Shown: piece after piece, positions 59,044 to 64,000 of the stretch
Layout: each line of letters starts with the position of its first letter
How positions within the stretch are numbered: the first letter of the stretch is position 1
Assembly: GCA_963730185.1 (NCBI GenBank)
Contig: CAVSQW010000015.1
Location: 512,001-576,000 of the forward strand
Origin: an uncultured Gemmatimonadales bacterium
GTDB taxonomy: Bacteria; Gemmatimonadota; Gemmatimonadetes; Gemmatimonadales; GWC2-71-9
Direction of reading: 5' to 3'
DNA: 64,000 nucleotides
Translations under genes and position numbers: made by a program
The notes under the pieces: model-generated
What the model was told of the DNA's origin: nothing
The model's database searches: none
What the model saw: only the letters and a program-made list of their open reading frames with translations

Positions 59044-60557
59044 TTGAGGATTCCCCCTCCGTCCAGTCCCACGGTGGCCATCAGGCGCGCCTCCAGGCGG
59101 GTCCGGTGACGGCCCGCCACGTGATCGGCGTTGACGGTGTGGTTGAGCCCGGCGGCCCCGGTGAAGGCCAGTCCGCGCCACGCCCCCGCGACGGTGGCGC
59201 CGACCCGGTAGGTGGTGGCCACGGTACCGATGAAGAGCTCGGGCGTATCGGTAAAGGCCTGGCCGGCCGGGAAGGGCGCGTCGATCCGTCCCTCACCCTG
59301 GCGTAACACGGTCACATCCGGCCGGATGGTGCCCAGCCCGCCCACCGGGAGGGTGACGCTGGCGGTCAGGGTGGCGTTGTCGGTGAAGTTCGGACCGATC
59401 CCGACGCCCCGGTCGATCAGGTTCTGGGTCGAGTCGATGGTCCGGAAGGCGAGACTGCTCACCACCGCGAGCGAGGTCTGCCAGAGGGCGCCCCGGCCGA
59501 GCCGCCCCGAGCCCGCCAGCGTGAAGGCCCATCGGCCCGGGTGGGCCGGCTCGCCGGTGCCGTTCGGATCGGGTTTGCTCCGCCAGCGGTCGTCGATCGC
59601 CGCCTGGGCCTGGAGCAGCACCCCGCCGGGCCGCCACTGGAGGTCGCCGCCGAGGAGTACGTTCCGGTCGTCGGGCTGGCCCTGCTGGAGCGGGAAGGCG
59701 AAGGCGATCAGCGGATTCCGGAAGCTGGGGTCGAACGAGCGACCGGCGCCGGCCAGCACGGCCGTTTCCCAGATCGCGAGCCGCAGCGTGCCGGCCACCC
59801 GGGCGCTCACCCGATGGGCCATGAAGTAGCGCTTGGTTTCGGCGCCCTGGGCGTCGATCATCGGGGTGAGCTCGGTGCCGACGAAGTCGATCTGCACGTC
59901 CCGGAGCCTCACCTCGAGGCCGAGGTCGCTCCGGGGGTAGGCGTAGTCGGCGAGGCCGATCCCGAGGTTCCCCGGCGGGCCCCAGTTCCGATCCATCTGC
60001 CCGTAGAAGAGCCGCACCTTCCCGAATTGAGCGCCCAGGTAGGCCTCCGCGAACCGATACGCCTGGTTCTTGGCTCGCTGAATGGATGCCCCGGCCCAAT
60101 CGGGATCCAGCTTGAGCCGGTTCTCGGCCACCGGGCGGGTCACCAGCACCAGGTCACCGAACCGGCCCTCGGCGGTGAGCTCCGCATAGGGGCGGACCCC
60201 GCCCTCGCCGGCGGGATGAAGGAGGTCGCGGCGGGCGCTGGTGAACGCCTGGACCCCGGCCCGGGGTGCCAACCGGAACCAGTCGTGGGCGTCGCGATCG
60301 GTGAAGGCCGCCCGGAGCCGGGCCCCGATTCCGCCGGACGGCGAGTCGGGATCGAGATGGGCCTCGTCCAGGGCCCGGATCAGGTCGGCCCGACGGAACG
60401 GGCGCACCATCGGACTGGGGTCGCCGATGTCACCCCGGGCGATGAGATACTCCGCCAGTGGCAGCAGCGGGTGATCGCGGGGGACGTAGGGTGACCCCTG
60501 GCCGGCGAGCGGGGTGGCGCCGGCGAGCGCGAGGGCGAGGACGAGGAGGCGGCGCAC
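59040..60557 (-). CDS. Outer-membrane protein, capsule-assembly Wzi-like (putative)
   Basis: Signal peptide, helical N-domain, beta-strand-rich body with GQMDRNWGP and AHRV..WET motifs. Confidence 0.55.
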   Translation of the reverse strand: MRRLLVLALALAGATPLAGQGSPYVPRDHPLLPLAEYLIARGDIGDPSPMVRPFRRADLIRALDEAHLDPDSPSGGIGARLRAAFTDRDAHDWFRLAPRAGVQAFTSARRDLLHPAGEGGVRPYAELTAEGRFGDLVLVTRPVAENRLKLDPDWAGASIQRAKNQAYRFAEAYLGAQFGKVRLFYGQMDRNWGPPGNLGIGLADYAYPRSDLGLEVRLRDVQIDFVGTELTPMIDAQGAETKRYFMAHRVSARVAGTLRLAIWETAVLAGAGRSFDPSFRNPLIAFAFPLQQGQPDDRNVLLGGDLQWRPGGVLLQAQAAIDDRWRSKPDPNGTGEPAHPGRWAFTLAGSGRLGRGALWQTSLAVVSSLAFRTIDSTQNLIDRGVGIGPNFTDNATLTASVTLPVGGLGTIRPDVTVLRQGEGRIDAPFPAGQAFTDTPELFIGTVATTYRVGATVAGAWRGLAFTGAAGLNHTVNADHVAGRHRTRLEARLMATVGLDGGGILK

Positions 60558-60599
60558 GGCTCGGAATGTAACGGTGCCCGGCGCTATGTTTCCCGCCTC

Positions 60600-61613
60600 A
60601 TGAGCGCACTCTCGGTCGAAGTCACCCGCGGCGATCTGGTCGAGTCCCGCCATCGTCTGGCGGTGGCCGTGGTCGATCCGGCCGGCCGCCTCGTCGCCCG
60701 GGCGGGCGATCCGGAGCTGGTTACCTACTGGCGTTCGGCCGCCAAGCCGTTTCAGACCCTGCCGCTTCTCGACGACGGCGCGGCCGAGCGCCACGGCTTG
60801 AGCGACGAAGACCTGGCGTTGGCGTGCGCGTCGCATTCGAGCGAGCCCTTTCACCTGGCGGGCGTGGACCGGTTCCTGGCCAAGACGGGGGGCTCGGAGC
60901 GCGAGCTGGCCTGCGGGCCCCATCCGCCGCTCTCGGGAGACGTCGCCCGCGAGGTGATCCGCACCGGCGTCGAGCTCACGCCGCGATGGAGCAACTGCTC
61001 CGGCAAGCACACCGGGATGGTCGCGCTGGCCCGGCATCACGGGTGGCCGGTCCAGGGCTACCACCGGGCCGAGCACCCCGTCCAGCAGCGGGTGATCGCG
61101 GAGGTCGAGCGGTGGACCGGGCTCGATCGCGGTGCGATGACGCTCGGTGTCGACGGCTGCCGGGTGGTGTCGTTCGGGCTGCCGCTCCGGGCGATGGCGC
61201 TCGCCTACGCCCGCTTCGGAGCCTCGAGCGGGCCCGGGCCGCGACGGCTCTGGGGAGCCGTCACCGGCCATCCCGAGTTGGTGGCCGGGACCGGGCGGTT
61301 CGAGACCGTGCTGATGCGACGCTGGCCCGGGGCGGTGTTCGCCAAGGTCGGCGCCGAAGGCGTATACAGCGCGGTCCTCCCGGAGCGGGGTGTGGGGATC
61401 GCGCTCAAGGTCGAGGATGGCGGCTGGCGGGCCGCGCCGCTCGCCCTGCTCGGCGTGCTGGACCAGCTCCTGGCTCGGCAGGGAGGCGCTCCGCCCGGCT
61501 TCGCGACCTGGGAGGAGCTGGCCCCCTTCCGGTCGTCTTTGGTGCTGGACACCCACGACGAGCCGGTCGGCGCGGTGCGCCTGGCCGGTGAACTGGAGTT
61601 TTTGGGTCCGTGA
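60600..61613 (+). CDS. L-asparaginase II, Rhizobium etli AnsA type (class 3)
   Basis: RSAAKPFQ, ACASHSSE..H, NCSGKH, DGC, AKVGAEGV, IALKVEDG. Confidence 0.88.
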   Translation: MSALSVEVTRGDLVESRHRLAVAVVDPAGRLVARAGDPELVTYWRSAAKPFQTLPLLDDGAAERHGLSDEDLALACASHSSEPFHLAGVDRFLAKTGGSERELACGPHPPLSGDVAREVIRTGVELTPRWSNCSGKHTGMVALARHHGWPVQGYHRAEHPVQQRVIAEVERWTGLDRGAMTLGVDGCRVVSFGLPLRAMALAYARFGASSGPGPRRLWGAVTGHPELVAGTGRFETVLMRRWPGAVFAKVGAEGVYSAVLPERGVGIALKVEDGGWRAAPLALLGVLDQLLARQGGAPPGFATWEELAPFRSSLVLDTHDEPVGAVRLAGELEFLGP

Positions 61614-61654
61614 TGCGGCGATCGGATGCCGGGTCCGGATCGAGGAGACGATAG

Positions 61655-63282
<1,628 letters not shown>

Positions 63283-63293
<11 letters not shown>

Positions 63294-64000
63294 CGAGCGG
63301 GCGGCGTACCTGCGGCTGGCGTTGACGCCGGGGATCGGGCCAATCCGGCTGGCCCGGCTTCACGAGGCATTCGGTTCCTACGCCGCCGCGCTCGCCGCCC
63401 CGTTTGCCCTGTTGACCCAGGTGCCGGGCTTCTCGACGGCGGCCGCGACCGCGCTTGCCACGTCGGACCCGGCGGGCATGGCCCGGGCGCTCGACCGGGC
63501 GGAGGCGGTCGGCGCCACGGTGCTGACCCGCTTCGATCCCAGCTTCCCGAGCCAGCTGCTGCCGCTTCCCGATCCGCCGGCCGTGCTCTTTCTCAAGGGT
63601 CGCTTCGAGCTCCTGGACCGGCCGGCGGTGGCGGTGGTGGGGAGTCGTGAACCGACCGACTACGGCCGCCGGGCGGCCCACGCGGTGGCGAGCTCGGCCG
63701 CGGCTGCCGGCCTGGTGGTGGTGAGCGGCATGGCCCGCGGGCTCGACGGGGTCGCTCACGGCGCCGCGCTCGATGCCGGCGGCGGGTCGATCGGGGTGCT
63801 CGGCAACGGGATCGGGGTGATCTACCCGGCGGCCAATCGACGGCTCTACCAGCGGATGGCGGCCGAGGGCCTCCTCCTCACCGAGTACCCGCCCGGGGAG
63901 CGGCCCCACGCCGGCAGCTTTCCGCAGCGGAACCGCCTGATTTCGGGGCTGGCCCGAATTACCGTCGTGGTCGAGGCGGCCCACGATTCCGGCGCGATGA
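63283..64000 (+). CDS. dprA: DNA-processing protein DprA (runs off the window end; absent from the ORF track)
   Basis: Manual translation: MTADERAAYLRLALTPGIG...DPPAVLFLKG...AVVGSR...VVSGMARGLDG.AH...FPQRNRLISGL..TVVVEAA. Confidence 0.93.

Overview
A very GC-rich bacterial chromosomal segment. Gene content suggests Gemmatimonadota; this is inference, not tested. It has four parts. (1) 1-26.3 kb, housekeeping block: accC-comB-ftsK, DUF2277 protein, YfaP-like lipoprotein, orphan duplicated ABC permease, acyl-CoA ligase, a beta-propeller hybrid sensor kinase, yraN-recA-recX-alaS, PHP tyrosine phosphatase, gmhA, SDR, CCA-adding enzyme, ZIP transporter, rarA, hflX. (2) 26.3-51.9 kb, a Wzx/Wzy-type surface-polysaccharide locus with many tailoring enzymes (carbamoyltransferase, AsnB-type amidotransferase, three methyltransferases, GDP-mannose 3,5-epimerase-like protein). 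It is interrupted by an oppositely oriented PEP-CTERM gene, and its first gene has a candidate attenuator leader. (3) 53.5-58 kb, an islet between tRNA-Ile2(CAT) and tRNA-Val(CAC): DoxX, a second PEP-CTERM gene, a sensor kinase, a NarL-type regulator and two small ORFs. (4) 58-64 kb: hldA/rfaE1, Wzi-like protein, class 3 asparaginase, CMD protein, obgE, dprA (truncated). Many conserved genes carry single-base frameshifts, most likely sequencing or assembly errors. Non-coding signals include 7-mer and 10-mer tandem repeat families, several apparently leaderless genes, a candidate LexA operator at recA, and a sigma54-like promoter. I found no CRISPR array, integrase, transposase or recognisable defence system, and no clear-cut new system. 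The best candidates for novelty are the decorated glycan/PEP-CTERM locus with its leader and the repeat/leaderless-promoter architecture.
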